Positions 20,451 through 30,768 of a DNA stretch of 64,000 nt are shown piece by piece. The stretch's first letter is position 1. Each line of letters starts with the position of its first letter. The DNA is from an uncultured Methanocellaceae archaeon. GTDB lineage: Archaea; Halobacteriota; Methanocellia; Methanocellales; Methanocellaceae. The stretch spans positions 83,441 to 147,440 of the forward strand of contig CAVTVW010000009.1 in assembly GCA_963738255.1 (NCBI GenBank), written 5' to 3'. A program made the translations under genes and the position numbers. A model generated the notes under the pieces. That model was not told where the DNA came from. It saw only the letters and a program-made list of their open reading frames with translations, and made no database searches.

Positions 20451-23400
20451 ATGGAAAACAAAAGATCATTGAAAAAGCAAAACGAAGGGGAAAAGTCCCG
20501 GCAGGCTCGGGACGTGTCTGCGGAATGCGATGACGGGCTGGCCGCCAGCATTCAGAAGATTGCACATGTCGGCTATCTAGCATGGGAGCCTGGCACACAG
20601 AACGCGGCCTGCTCGGAAGAGGCATGCAACATACTGGGACTGGCCCAGAATGAGAAGACGCTGGCCCTTGACGCGCTTCTGGCGCTCATCCACCAGGATG
20701 ACCGGGAAAAGGCAGCGAAGGCGCTCGGGGAGAACATCGACGGTAAAAACGGCGAAGTTCCGAGCTTCGAGGCCCGAGTCGTCTCCGCTGACGGTTCGGC
20801 GAAATATGTGAGCTGCACGCCCGTCTTTAAGGAAGCGGGCGATGGCACGAAGGTACCATACACCATCATCCAGGAGATCACCGAGCGCAAGAACTCCGAG
20901 ATGGAGTTCAAGAAGAACGCCGCGATCCTGAACCGGGCGCAGAGCATCGCCCACATTGGTACCTGGGCCTGGAACCTCCAGACCAACGAATACCAGTGGT
21001 CCGACGAGATGTTCCGCATGTTCGGGTATGAGCCGAAGGATTTCCAGCCGACCAGGGACTGGCTCTATGAGCATATCCACGAGGCGGACAGGGACCTGTT
21101 CCAGTCATCCGTCCGTGGCGCACTGGCGGAGAATAAGTTCTTCAACATAGACATAAAGATCGTCCGACCAGACAACTCCATCCGGTACATAAATTGCATG
21201 GCGGACAATTGTATTCGGGACAAGGATGGCAAGCCCAAGAAGATCTTCGGTATCTTCCAGGATGTCACCGAGCGCAAGCTCGAGGAACAGGCGGTCAAAA
21301 AGGAGCACGCCATTCTCAACCGGGCGCAGAGTATCGCTCACCTGGGCAACTGGGCCTGGGACCTTAGGACCAACACGTTCACCTGGTCTGATGAATTGTT
21401 TAGGATCTTTGGCCGTAACCCGCAGGAATTCGTGCCCACTATGGATTGGCTCATGTCGAGCATTCATCCGGATGACCGGGAGATGTACCAGAAGGCTGTG
21501 GATGCCGCTTTCAATGAGAATAAGTATTTCAATATTGACGTACGGATCGTCCGACCCGACGGTTCTATTCGGTATATTAACACCCTTGCCGATAAGTGTA
21601 TCCGGGACAAGGAAGGCAAGCCTAAGAGGCTTTTTGGAATCTTGCAGGATATTAACGAGCGTAAGCTCGAGGGACTGGAGGTCAAGAAAGAAAAGGTGAT
21701 CCTGAATCGGGCGCAGAGTATTGCTCATTTGGGCAACTGGGCCTGGGACCTTAGGACTAACACGTTCAAGTGGTCTGATGAACTGTTTAGGATCTTCGGC
21801 CGTAACCCGCAGGAATTTGAGCCCACTATGGATTGGCTCATGTCGAGCATTCATCCGGATGACCGGGAGATGTACCAGAAGGCTGTGGATGCCGCTTTCA
21901 ACGAGAACAAGTACTTTAACATCGATGTACGGATTATCAGGCCCGATGGTTCTATCCGGTATATCAATACCCTCGCTGATAAGTGTATCCGGGACAAGGA
22001 AGGTAAGCCCAAGAGGCTTTTCGGCATTCTACAGGATATTAACGAGCGTAAGCTCGAGGCACTGGAGATCAAGAAAGAAAAGGTGATCCTGAACCGGGCG
22101 CAGAGTATTGCTCATTTGGGCAACTGGGCCTGGGACCTGAGAACTAACACGTTCACCTGGTCTGATGAACTGTTTAGGATCTTCGGCCGTAACCCGCAGG
22201 AATTTGAGCCCACTATGGATTGGCTCATGTCGAGCATCCATCCGGACGACCGGGAAGCCTATAAGAAGGCCGTGGATGCCGCTTTCAACGAGAATAAGTA
22301 CTTTAACATCGATGTACGGATCGTCCGACCCGACGGTTCTATCCGGTATATTAACACTCTTGCCGATAAGTGTATTCGCGACAAGGAAGGTAAGCCTAAG
22401 AGGCTTTTTGGAATCTTGCAGGATATCAATGAGCGTAAGCTCGAGGGACTGGAGATCAAGAAAGAAAAGATGATCCTGAACCGGGCGCAAAGTATTGCCC
22501 ATCTGGGCAACTGGGCCTGGGACTTGAAGAAGAACACGTTCACCTGGTCAGACGAGCTATACAGGATCTTCGGCCATAACCCGCAGGCATTCGAGCCCAC
22601 CATGGACTGGCTCATGCTGAGCATTCACCCTGACGACCGGGAAGCCTATAAGAAGGCTGTGGATGCCGCTTTCAACGAGAACAAGTACTTTAACATCGAT
22701 GTACGGATCATCAGGCCCGACGGTTCCATCCGGTACATCAATACCCTCGCTGATAAGTGTATTCGCGACAAGGATGGCAAGCCTAAGAGGCTTTTCGGCA
22801 TCTTGCAGGATATTAACGAGCGTAAGCTCGAGGGACTGGAGATCAAGAAAGAAAAGATGATCCTGAACCGGGCGCAAAGTATTGCACACATGGGCAACTG
22901 GGCCTGGGACTTGAAGAAGAACACGTTCACCTGGTCAGATGAGCTATACAGGATCTTCGGCCACAACCCGCAGGAATTCGAGCCCACCATGGACTGGCTC
23001 ATGGAGCGCGTGCACAAGTCGGACAAGGAAGCCTATAAGAAGGCGGTTGATGCGGCCTTCAACGAGAATAAGTACTTCAACATCGACATAAAGATCGTCA
23101 GGCCTGACGGCTCTATCCGGCACATCAACACCCTTGCCGATAAGTGTGTCCGCGACAAGGAAGGCAAGCCCAAGAGGCTTTTCGGCATACTCCAGGACAT
23201 CACCGATCGAAAGGTGGTCATGGAGGAAGTCAGGAAGAAGGAAGCCGTGTTGAATCGGGCGCAGCAGATCGCTCACGTCGGCAACTGGGCCCTCGACCTC
23301 AGGAACAACAACTTCAACTGGTCGGACGAGGTCTTCCGCATCTTCGGCCACAACCCGCAGGAATTCCAGCCGAGCATGGACTGGCTGGGTACGCACGTCC

Positions 23401-24872
23401 ACCCCGAGGACAAGAAACTCTTCCGCAAATCGGTCAACATGGCGCTCTGCGAGAACAAGCTGTTCTACATCGACATGCGCGTCATGCGGCCGGACGGGAC
23501 GGTACGTTATGTGAACTGGGTGGCGGACCGCTGCAGGAGAGACGAGGTAGGCAACCCGAAGCACCTCTTCGGCATCATCCAGGATGTCACGGATAGAAAG
23601 AACCAGGAAGACGAGTTCAAGCGGAACGCGGACATCCTGGCGAGGGCGCAACAGGTCTCTCACGTCGGCAACTGGACGCTGGACGTTGGCAATAAGTTCT
23701 TTACCTGGTCGGACGAGGTCTTCCGGATCTATGGCTACGAGCCAAAGGACTTCAAGCCCACCATGCACTGGGTCATATACCACGCTGCACAGGAAGATAA
23801 GGAAAGGATCAAAGCGGTCATAGACGGGGCCATCAACGAAGGAAAGCCTTTCAACGGCGACTTCCGCATCGCCACGCTGGACGGCGACCTGCGCTACGTG
23901 AGCTACACGTGTGACAGCATCGATAGGGACAGCAACGGCAAGATCAAGTCGATCAACGGCATCATCCAGGACATCACCGAAAGAAAGAAGGCCGAGCTAG
24001 AGATCGTCAAGGCCCGGGAAAATCTGGAAGCGAAGGTCACCGAGAGGACCGCCCAGATCGTCCAGGCCAACGAGCTGATGCAGAAGGAGATCGAGGAGCG
24101 CAAGAAGACGGAGTGCACCCTTGACAAGGAGCGCTTCGAGCTCAAGAGCTCCAACGAGCAGCTCGAGCAGTTCGCATACATCGCCTCCCATGACCTGCAG
24201 GAGCCACTCCGCATGGTGAACCAGTACGTCCAGCTGATCGAAAAGCGCTATAAGGGCAAGCTGGACCCCCGCGCTGACGAATACATCAAGTTCGCCACCG
24301 ACGGGACGGCCCGCATGAGGCAGATGATCGTCGACCTGCTGGAGTTCTCGCGGGTAGGCAGCAAGGACAAGCCGCTGGTGCCGACCAACCTGGAGGAGGT
24401 AGTGAACCAGGTGGAGAACAACCTGACTGTCGCCATCGAGGAGAGCGGTGCCAAGATGACGCACGACCCAATGCCGGTCGTGATGTCGGACTTCACCCAG
24501 ATCATGCATGTCTTCCAGAACCTGTCGAGCAATGCACTCAAGTTCAGGAAAGAGGGCGTGGTGCCCGAAATACACCTCGGCGCGGAGAAAAAGGGCGACG
24601 AGTGGGTGTTCAGGGTGGCGGATAATGGTATCGGCATCGACCCGAAGTACTTCGATAAGCTGTTCATCATCTTCCACCGCCTGAACAGCGCTGCGACCTA
24701 CAAGGGTAACGGTATCGGACTGGCCATCTCTAAGAAGGTCGTGGAGCGCCACGGCGGCCGTATATGGGTAGAATCGGAGCTGGGCAAAGGTACGACGTTC
24801 TTCTTCACCATACCAGCGACCATAGTCCCGGAAACCGGCGGGGACAAGCTCAAAGAGCCGGCAATATCGTAA
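20451..24872 (+). CDS. Multi-PAS (nine PAS/PAC) soluble histidine kinase with Cph1-like transmitter
   Basis: Nine HxGxWxWD...WSDE...IHPDD...QDITERK units; FAYIASHDLQEPLR H-box, SNALKF, DNGIGI, GIGLAI; no TM segment. Confidence 0.95.
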   Translation: MENKRSLKKQNEGEKSRQARDVSAECDDGLAASIQKIAHVGYLAWEPGTQNAACSEEACNILGLAQNEKTLALDALLALIHQDDREKAAKALGENIDGKNGEVPSFEARVVSADGSAKYVSCTPVFKEAGDGTKVPYTIIQEITERKNSEMEFKKNAAILNRAQSIAHIGTWAWNLQTNEYQWSDEMFRMFGYEPKDFQPTRDWLYEHIHEADRDLFQSSVRGALAENKFFNIDIKIVRPDNSIRYINCMADNCIRDKDGKPKKIFGIFQDVTERKLEEQAVKKEHAILNRAQSIAHLGNWAWDLRTNTFTWSDELFRIFGRNPQEFVPTMDWLMSSIHPDDREMYQKAVDAAFNENKYFNIDVRIVRPDGSIRYINTLADKCIRDKEGKPKRLFGILQDINERKLEGLEVKKEKVILNRAQSIAHLGNWAWDLRTNTFKWSDELFRIFGRNPQEFEPTMDWLMSSIHPDDREMYQKAVDAAFNENKYFNIDVRIIRPDGSIRYINTLADKCIRDKEGKPKRLFGILQDINERKLEALEIKKEKVILNRAQSIAHLGNWAWDLRTNTFTWSDELFRIFGRNPQEFEPTMDWLMSSIHPDDREAYKKAVDAAFNENKYFNIDVRIVRPDGSIRYINTLADKCIRDKEGKPKRLFGILQDINERKLEGLEIKKEKMILNRAQSIAHLGNWAWDLKKNTFTWSDELYRIFGHNPQAFEPTMDWLMLSIHPDDREAYKKAVDAAFNENKYFNIDVRIIRPDGSIRYINTLADKCIRDKDGKPKRLFGILQDINERKLEGLEIKKEKMILNRAQSIAHMGNWAWDLKKNTFTWSDELYRIFGHNPQEFEPTMDWLMERVHKSDKEAYKKAVDAAFNENKYFNIDIKIVRPDGSIRHINTLADKCVRDKEGKPKRLFGILQDITDRKVVMEEVRKKEAVLNRAQQIAHVGNWALDLRNNNFNWSDEVFRIFGHNPQEFQPSMDWLGTHVHPEDKKLFRKSVNMALCENKLFYIDMRVMRPDGTVRYVNWVADRCRRDEVGNPKHLFGIIQDVTDRKNQEDEFKRNADILARAQQVSHVGNWTLDVGNKFFTWSDEVFRIYGYEPKDFKPTMHWVIYHAAQEDKERIKAVIDGAINEGKPFNGDFRIATLDGDLRYVSYTCDSIDRDSNGKIKSINGIIQDITERKKAELEIVKARENLEAKVTERTAQIVQANELMQKEIEERKKTECTLDKERFELKSSNEQLEQFAYIASHDLQEPLRMVNQYVQLIEKRYKGKLDPRADEYIKFATDGTARMRQMIVDLLEFSRVGSKDKPLVPTNLEEVVNQVENNLTVAIEESGAKMTHDPMPVVMSDFTQIMHVFQNLSSNALKFRKEGVVPEIHLGAEKKGDEWVFRVADNGIGIDPKYFDKLFIIFHRLNSAATYKGNGIGLAISKKVVERHGGRIWVESELGKGTTFFFTIPATIVPETGGDKLKEPAIS
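20958..24000 (+). repeat. Intragenic tandem repeat with exact 387-bp (129-aa) period
   Basis: Equivalent Gly codon at 20958, 21345, 21732, 22119, 22506, 22893, 23280 and 23667. Confidence 0.95.
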
Positions 24873-25016
24873 GAAAAAGGTTTCGACGCTAGAAACCTTT
24901 TTCTTTTTTTCTTTTTTACATTATCCTTTGGCATGCCTCAAAGAATATCAAGTACACTAAAGGCAGGCACGCGAAGCTTGATTAAGCACACGAATATTAA
25001 TAATCACAAAGTCAGT

Positions 25017-25175
25017 AGTTCCCTGTTTGTGTTGTGAGCGTTTGTTTGTAGTTTGGTTTGTTATCGGTCCATACAGTAGCACGAAGACACGAAAATTTTT
25101 TAGTGTTTACACTAAGATACCTAAAAATCTAGAGCACGATTAAAACTCGAAATGCACTAAATCCCTATTAACTGA
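25017..25175 (+). repeat. Copy of a degenerate dispersed CACGAA-rich repeat
   Basis: tagcacgaagacacgaaa 25077-25094, ctagagcac and aaaactcgaaa recur inverted at 25625-25712; gtccatacagtagcac 25067-25082 recurs inverted at 7466-7481. Confidence 0.75.
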
Positions 25176-25298
25176 CTAAAAGCTCTAAAACACGTCAAAT
25201 ATGTAAAAATAGTACTATTAAATTACGGACACTAGGCGCTTGTGAGTTTCGTGTCGACTTTGAGGTCTTTGCGATAAAACGCTTTCGTGGTCTTCGGC

Positions 25299-25544
25299 TT
25301 AATTAGGGTACGACGCCAGCATGCTGGAGTCGATGACGTCGATGTAGCGGGCCTGGTTGGCCGAGATGTACAGGAAGTGATTGTCGACCGGGACTTTAAT
25401 GTCGCTTGGCTTGGGCTTCCTTACCGAAGTGGGCAACATGACTGGTCCGCCGCAGAAGGTACAGACTCTGAAGTCGCTATCTTGTTCTTTTATAAAATCC
25501 TTAACTTCTTTTGTTATTAGGAACTCCTTCAAAATCGTCACCAT
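25299..25544 (-). CDS. Small CxxC protein (HesB/Fe-S-scaffold-like fold possible)
   Basis: DFRVCTFCGGP motif, beta-rich 81 aa. Confidence 0.7.
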   Translation of the reverse strand: MVTILKEFLITKEVKDFIKEQDSDFRVCTFCGGPVMLPTSVRKPKPSDIKVPVDNHFLYISANQARYIDVIDSSMLASYPN

Positions 25545-25609
25545 CGTTTTTTTACTTCTTTTATAGTATCAATTAATTGTAAATATACTTACCGCTTAGT
25601 CGAATATAA

Positions 25610-25763
25610 TTCACTTAATAGCGCTTTCGAGTTTTCATAGTTTAACAGTGCTCTAGCGCAGTTCGTGTTTCCGCATACAAATCTAAAAAAAAAGTTTCGT
25701 GTCTTCGTGCTATGCCACAGGACAGGCAGCACATCAAACGATGAGCACATAAACACGGAACTG
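25610..25763 (-). repeat. Inverted copy of the dispersed repeat
   Basis: tttcgtgtcttcgtgcta 25695-25712 is the exact reverse complement of 25077-25094. Confidence 0.75.
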
Positions 25764-25958
25764 CCGGTATCTATTAGACAAAGCTGCGATGTTTTAGGTG
25801 GCGGACGTCATAAATTTTTCATAAGCAATATTTAGGTGCATAAGCTATCGTACATCAGCCCGACATATGGCGATTTATTCCTTGGGTTATATTTATATAT
25901 AAATCGTAGAATAACTAATGCTATAATCTACCGTATAAATGGTTGAGGTGCCAAACTT

Positions 25959-27062
25959 ATGTTCAAAGTCAAGCTTTTATTGTGGATCGCCATAATCCTG
26001 ACGATGCTTATGATAGCCGGATGTACGGGAACGAAGACTGCTGTGGACACGGGCCACATGGGAACTGCCATGTCCGGCGCCGCTGACTTCTATCATGCGA
26101 AAGTCAACGACCTCAAGCAGCAGGTCGGCGAGGTACGAACTATGGCGCAGCCAGACAATAACAGCACCCTGGACGACTACCAGCGATGGCTGGACCAATA
26201 CCAGGCCTCGATCAACGATACTTGGCATCAATATAATGATACGGTCAAAGCCGGCGATACATATTTGCTTCAACTTGACAATACGAGCGATGAATACCGG
26301 AGCGTCACTTCCGACCTCGACGCCTTCAAGAACGATATCACAGGGCTCGAAAGCAATTATCAGCAGATGGTTGCCAGAGTCGAGACATATAAGGCAAAGC
26401 TCGACGCGCTCAATACATATAAAGACGCATTGAACGCCACCTCGACTGCCTATGATAATATGACTAAATTCGGGAGTAGCACGAAAATAAACTCCATGGA
26501 CGATTACAGCTCGTATGTCGGCGGCTATAAACTACTTATGAACGATTATGACGCCAGATGCAAAGATGCCATCGACGCAGGCCATACGTACCAGCAATAC
26601 TGTGATCCCCAGAGTGCCGAATATGCGGGTATTGCTCAGAACGAGAATGCGCTTAAGGACGGCATGGGCAAGGCACAGGCATCATATGATAAGTTAAAAG
26701 CCGACATTGCCAATAAATATGGTGAACAGTCGGCTGCAAGTGATTATACCAGTAAGATGAACAAGGTCACGGCAGCGAAAGCAGACCTGGATAAATATGA
26801 CTCCGCATCTGCACTGGAGAAGCTCAAGTACAACTACGTGATAGGGTACAGACAAAAAGTCACGGCATTTGACTCGCTATGTGGCGATGCCATCTCATCG
26901 GGTAACTCCTGTCTGCAATTCCTGGACAAGAGTAGCACGGAATATAAGACCGTGACAGATAACAACAAGGCGATGGAAGCCGCGAAGACACAGTATCATA
27001 CGAGCCTGGATAAGCTGATCACTATGTATAATAACCTCCATATGCTCGAACCGATCAAATAA
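25959..27062 (+). CDS. Helical lipoprotein with three internal repeats
   Basis: Lipobox IAGC; repeated DAIxAGxTY..xDxxSxEY helices. Confidence 0.8.
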   Translation: MFKVKLLLWIAIILTMLMIAGCTGTKTAVDTGHMGTAMSGAADFYHAKVNDLKQQVGEVRTMAQPDNNSTLDDYQRWLDQYQASINDTWHQYNDTVKAGDTYLLQLDNTSDEYRSVTSDLDAFKNDITGLESNYQQMVARVETYKAKLDALNTYKDALNATSTAYDNMTKFGSSTKINSMDDYSSYVGGYKLLMNDYDARCKDAIDAGHTYQQYCDPQSAEYAGIAQNENALKDGMGKAQASYDKLKADIANKYGEQSAASDYTSKMNKVTAAKADLDKYDSASALEKLKYNYVIGYRQKVTAFDSLCGDAISSGNSCLQFLDKSSTEYKTVTDNNKAMEAAKTQYHTSLDKLITMYNNLHMLEPIK

Positions 27063-27188
27063 TGCGGGATATTATTTCCCCATTTTTTAATTTTTTACAA
27101 TACTAATTTTCTACTATTACTTATTTGTAACTTAACTTTTATATCATAGGCTTTGTAATGTACAATCATTGGTTCCGGTAGGGATAAA

Positions 27189-28214
27189 ATGGTAAAAACG
27201 GACGAACTGCTCACAATCATTGGTATGACGTGTCCGAACTGTCATCAACCATCCGACTTAGAGTTCCACAGGGAACTAGTCACACTTCCAGTACCATTTC
27301 TCAATCTAATAAAAGTGGGCGACGTCACCTGTAAATGCCATGTCTGCGGCAGTACGTTCAAATATGCAAACTCCGATAAGCTATACCGGTATATGGAGAA
27401 ATCCGGAGAGGAGATCCAGAGATCATTTCTGATCAAGAATCTCAGGACACTGGCCATATCCCTCCTGGCCGTCATCGCGATCGTAGTGATCGTGTTTGCC
27501 CTTGCACAATTCGCCTTACCGATATTGAGCCCGCCGCACACGAGTTCGCCGAGAGTTTCAGATAACATTTCGACACCGCTGAAGCTTTACAGCTATGACC
27601 TTGACGCGGCCAACCAGACGTGCTACGCATATTTCCAGCTATCGGATAATGGCACGCCGATCGACATGGTAGCGCTAAACGTCTCGATCAGGATCAATGG
27701 TAATCTCACGTATATGAAAATTTGGCGGTATGGCAATAGCTCCATAAAATGGGTTAACACAAGCCACGTCGGCTCGATGATGAGCCATAATGATAAAGTG
27801 GAGGTCATCCTGAACCTGAGCCGCTATCATTTCAATAGTACAGATAAGGTGGAGCTACTGTTCCAGATCTTCGACCATACTCCATATGTTCGTCCATACG
27901 CGGCAGATAACCAGACTGTAATACCCGCCAATCCGGGAAATTCATCGAGCCTGAACGGAACGGGAAAAGCGACGATATACGGGCACGTTTACCTGAATAA
28001 TTTCCTCAGCCCGGGCATTACGCTGACGTTCAACGATATGAATGATTCACGCTCCATAGTCGTAGATAATTCCGGATATTACCGCATAAGCCTGCTTCCG
28101 AACACGCCATATACGGTCGTGGCCACGGATAGTGACCTCGGTGTATTGATGAATGATACGACTCAGAAAACGTACATGAACAACACTACAGTGGATATAA
28201 GATTACATACCTGA
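27189..28214 (+). CDS. Zn-ribbon, single-TM, extracellular beta-domain protein
   Basis: CPNC...CHVC, TM at about aa 87-112, many NxS/T sequons. Confidence 0.75.
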   Translation: MVKTDELLTIIGMTCPNCHQPSDLEFHRELVTLPVPFLNLIKVGDVTCKCHVCGSTFKYANSDKLYRYMEKSGEEIQRSFLIKNLRTLAISLLAVIAIVVIVFALAQFALPILSPPHTSSPRVSDNISTPLKLYSYDLDAANQTCYAYFQLSDNGTPIDMVALNVSIRINGNLTYMKIWRYGNSSIKWVNTSHVGSMMSHNDKVEVILNLSRYHFNSTDKVELLFQIFDHTPYVRPYAADNQTVIPANPGNSSSLNGTGKATIYGHVYLNNFLSPGITLTFNDMNDSRSIVVDNSGYYRISLLPNTPYTVVATDSDLGVLMNDTTQKTYMNNTTVDIRLHT

Positions 28215-28272
28215 TACGGATCCAAAAACATTATAATAGCAGCCATAATCATAACTGCCGGGAAGACCGACC

Positions 28273-28614
28273 ATGGAAAAACTTGAAGAAGAAGAGACCG
28301 CCGCGACTGTTTTCACCTACCTGATCAAGGGGCTTTCAAACGGCAACAGGGAAGAAGTGATTGCCGAGCTCAAGGAAAAGTTGAAACCGATTAAGGAGCT
28401 ATACGCCCTTAATGATGACGTGTACCCGATATACATCGACTTTTGCCTTGCGAAAAAAAAGTTCCTCAAGGTACAGGACACGATCGAAGTCTTCGGCGAC
28501 GCCATAACCGCCGGTAAAGTCCCACCCGCTAAAGAACGGATCATGCTCGGCTGGGTGATGGACATCCAGAACCAGGTAAGGACGTATGGAAACATCAAGA
28601 CAAAGAGACGCTAA
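28273..28614 (+). CDS. Hypothetical protein
   Basis: 113-aa ORF with typical codon usage. Confidence 0.7.
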   Translation: MEKLEEEETAATVFTYLIKGLSNGNREEVIAELKEKLKPIKELYALNDDVYPIYIDFCLAKKKFLKVQDTIEVFGDAITAGKVPPAKERIMLGWVMDIQNQVRTYGNIKTKRR

Positions 28615-28684
28615 AAGTCCTGATAGACATCTGTTTACCACAGGTATGTCCGCACATATTTCGTGAAATTTCTTTATTCACTCT

Positions 28685-29086
28685 TTAGTCGCAATCACCC
28701 GGCTCGAGCTGTATCACGTAGCCGTCGGGGTCCTCTATGTAAACATAGCGTCCGGGCCCCCTGGCCGGATTATGATGTACCGTGATATCATTCTTTTTTA
28801 TGTACTCCATCGCCCGATCGAAGTTTTTCTCGTCGATCCGAAAACCGAAATGCATATGCGTAAGCCCTGTCGCTTTCAGGTTTACCGGCCTGTCCGCCTG
28901 GAACAGGAAAAAGCTGTCCCTGCCGCCGGGAGTCTTCAGTTGTATGTATTTATCCGAGCGTCCTGCCACCTCCAGGTTGAACATCTCCGTGTAAAATTTT
29001 GCTGACTTTCCCGGATCTGTGACGTCTATGGCTATATGGCATAGTCCGCCGGTGCTGATCTTTTCTTGCGCTGTGGTCGCGTGCAT
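28685..29086 (-). CDS. VOC/glyoxalase family protein
   Basis: HIAIDVTD..KSAKFY, HFGFRI, YIEDPDGYVIQL; start MHATT after GTGGGG. Confidence 0.88.
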   Translation of the reverse strand: MHATTAQEKISTGGLCHIAIDVTDPGKSAKFYTEMFNLEVAGRSDKYIQLKTPGGRDSFFLFQADRPVNLKATGLTHMHFGFRIDEKNFDRAMEYIKKNDITVHHNPARGPGRYVYIEDPDGYVIQLEPGDCD

Positions 29087-29206
29087 GATATCCCCACGAT
29101 CCATAATCAGTGCCATAGCGAAAGAGCTTATCCCGGAAAATGGCGCCATCTGTCAGGGCCGGCAGTAACTAAATATATGCGGCATATTACATATTTTAAG
29201 AGTATC

Positions 29207-29671
29207 ATGGTAACCATCGATTATATCGAGACCGGCGCGGAAGGGCTCGACCAGATCCGGCCGCTATGGGAGCATCTTGTCCTGCACCATAGGGCGAGGT
29301 CCACGCATTTTAAGGATATCTACGATAATTTCACCTTCGAAAAGCGCAGAACCGACCTGCTCAATAAATCCAGGGGCGGACTCCTTCGGGTGGACATCGC
29401 TAAAGATCATGATACGGGCAGAAATGTGGGGTATTGTGTCAGCACCATTAAAGAGAACGAAGGCGAGATCGACTCTATATTCATTGATCCGGATCACAGG
29501 TCGGCTGGCATAGGCAGTGCATTCATGGAACGGGCGCTGGCCTGGATGGATGGGCAGCATGCTACAGTCAGACGAGTCGCGGTGGCGGCCGGGAACGAGG
29601 ATGCATTCGGGTTTTATGAAAAATTCGGGTTTTTACCACGACAGGTCATACTGGAACAAAAGAAAAAATGA
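29207..29671 (+). CDS. GNAT acetyltransferase
   Basis: SIFIDPDHRSAGIG, GNEDAFGFYEKFGF. Confidence 0.9.
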   Translation: MVTIDYIETGAEGLDQIRPLWEHLVLHHRARSTHFKDIYDNFTFEKRRTDLLNKSRGGLLRVDIAKDHDTGRNVGYCVSTIKENEGEIDSIFIDPDHRSAGIGSAFMERALAWMDGQHATVRRVAVAAGNEDAFGFYEKFGFLPRQVILEQKKK

Positions 29672-29784
29672 CTCTACTGTATTTTTGTATTATAGTTTTT
29701 ATTGTGCGGCTCTAGCACATGGAATAAGCTCCAGAAGATACTGTTAGTACATTATAAAGCGACATGCGCACATGGGATCAGCTC

Positions 29785-29925
29785 CAGAACACAAACACAT
29801 GAAAATCCATGAACACATGAAACTTTTTTTAGTTTTTTTCACAAATGCATGAAAGCTCTATAACACAGTTAATGCTCAAAATCATGAATGCATGATTAAA
29901 GGACAAACGCATGAATGCACTGCCT
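29785..29925 (+). repeat. CATGAA-type variant of the dispersed repeat
   Basis: gaacacatgaaacttttttttag resembles gaagacacgaaactttttttttag; multiple catgaa units. Confidence 0.5.
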
Positions 29926-30075
29926 TAAAACAGGAACGAGCGACTCTAATGCACAACCGGCACAAAATCAAAACTGAAACGTACTATGCCTAATGTATCA
30001 TTGGATATTAGACATACACATCGAAAAAATAGGCCAGGTAATGAAAATCAACTATTTTTGTATTTACTATAAAAA

Positions 30076-30099
30076 AATAATAATAATAATAATAATAAT
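30076..30099. repeat. (AAT)8 microsatellite
   Basis: Eight perfect AAT units in an intergenic region. Confidence 0.9.
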
Positions 30100-30338
30100 T
30101 GTTTGATAATAATTAAGCGTAAATCGTCGTGGATGAAGAAATACAAAATAGATAATAACCGATCATAGCGTATTTTTAATCACGTGTTTGTAAAGTAAAT
30201 AGACAGGAACACTGAGGCGTGTGCGAAAAATAAGTGACTGTTTTTTGATGTCTGATCACGCATCATCTTACACTAATAGTGATATTGCCGGTATAGGGCT
30301 CGTGCCCTTCAATGCGGGCACACCGGTTCTTGTTGAGA

Positions 30339-30581
30339 TCACGGCTCGTTCATCATATTTTTTAAATTCTCTATGGGAACGTCCGTCTGGTCGGAAACTT
30401 TTATGAGTATCTCATTCAATAACGCGGGGGTCAGCTCACTCAGCTGGCGTATCATAAGGTTCTTGACATTTCCCGGTCTCTCAAAAACCATATAAGTTCC
30501 CTTAGTGGTCTTGTTCGCATAGCCTAATTTTTCAAGAAGCTTCAAGAGCTTCTTCCCGTCAATTGGTGCAGATTTAGTCAT
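30339..30581 (-). CDS. HicA-like (dsRBD-fold) protein lacking the catalytic His
   Basis: PIDGKKLLKLLEKLGY...KGTYMVF...ELTPALLNEIL; GSH replaced by GTY. Confidence 0.7.
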   Translation of the reverse strand: MTKSAPIDGKKLLKLLEKLGYANKTTKGTYMVFERPGNVKNLMIRQLSELTPALLNEILIKVSDQTDVPIENLKNMMNEP

Positions 30582-30768
30582 CGTAAATAAGTCTCACGTA
30601 AGACTTTACACTCCAGCTATTTATATTTCTCTTGTCGGGCTAACATGTGGTTTATAATATAAGACACTGTCGTACGCTTTTTTAATCATGCCAGATTGTG
30701 ATAACCGTATCTTTAATATATTGTAACCGATAAACCTGTAAACACTACACTGGATAAGGTATGATATC

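Noticed and set aside
20958..24000. CRISPR-like array
   Set aside because: The repeats are 387-bp in-frame coding units without unique spacers; no CRISPR array or cas gene was seen anywhere in the window.
22944..24752. Long antisense ORFs (22944-23783, 23997-24752) and similar shadow ORFs such as 53-682 and 39042-39677
   Set aside because: They are antisense to well-supported genes with high GC3 and show no motifs.
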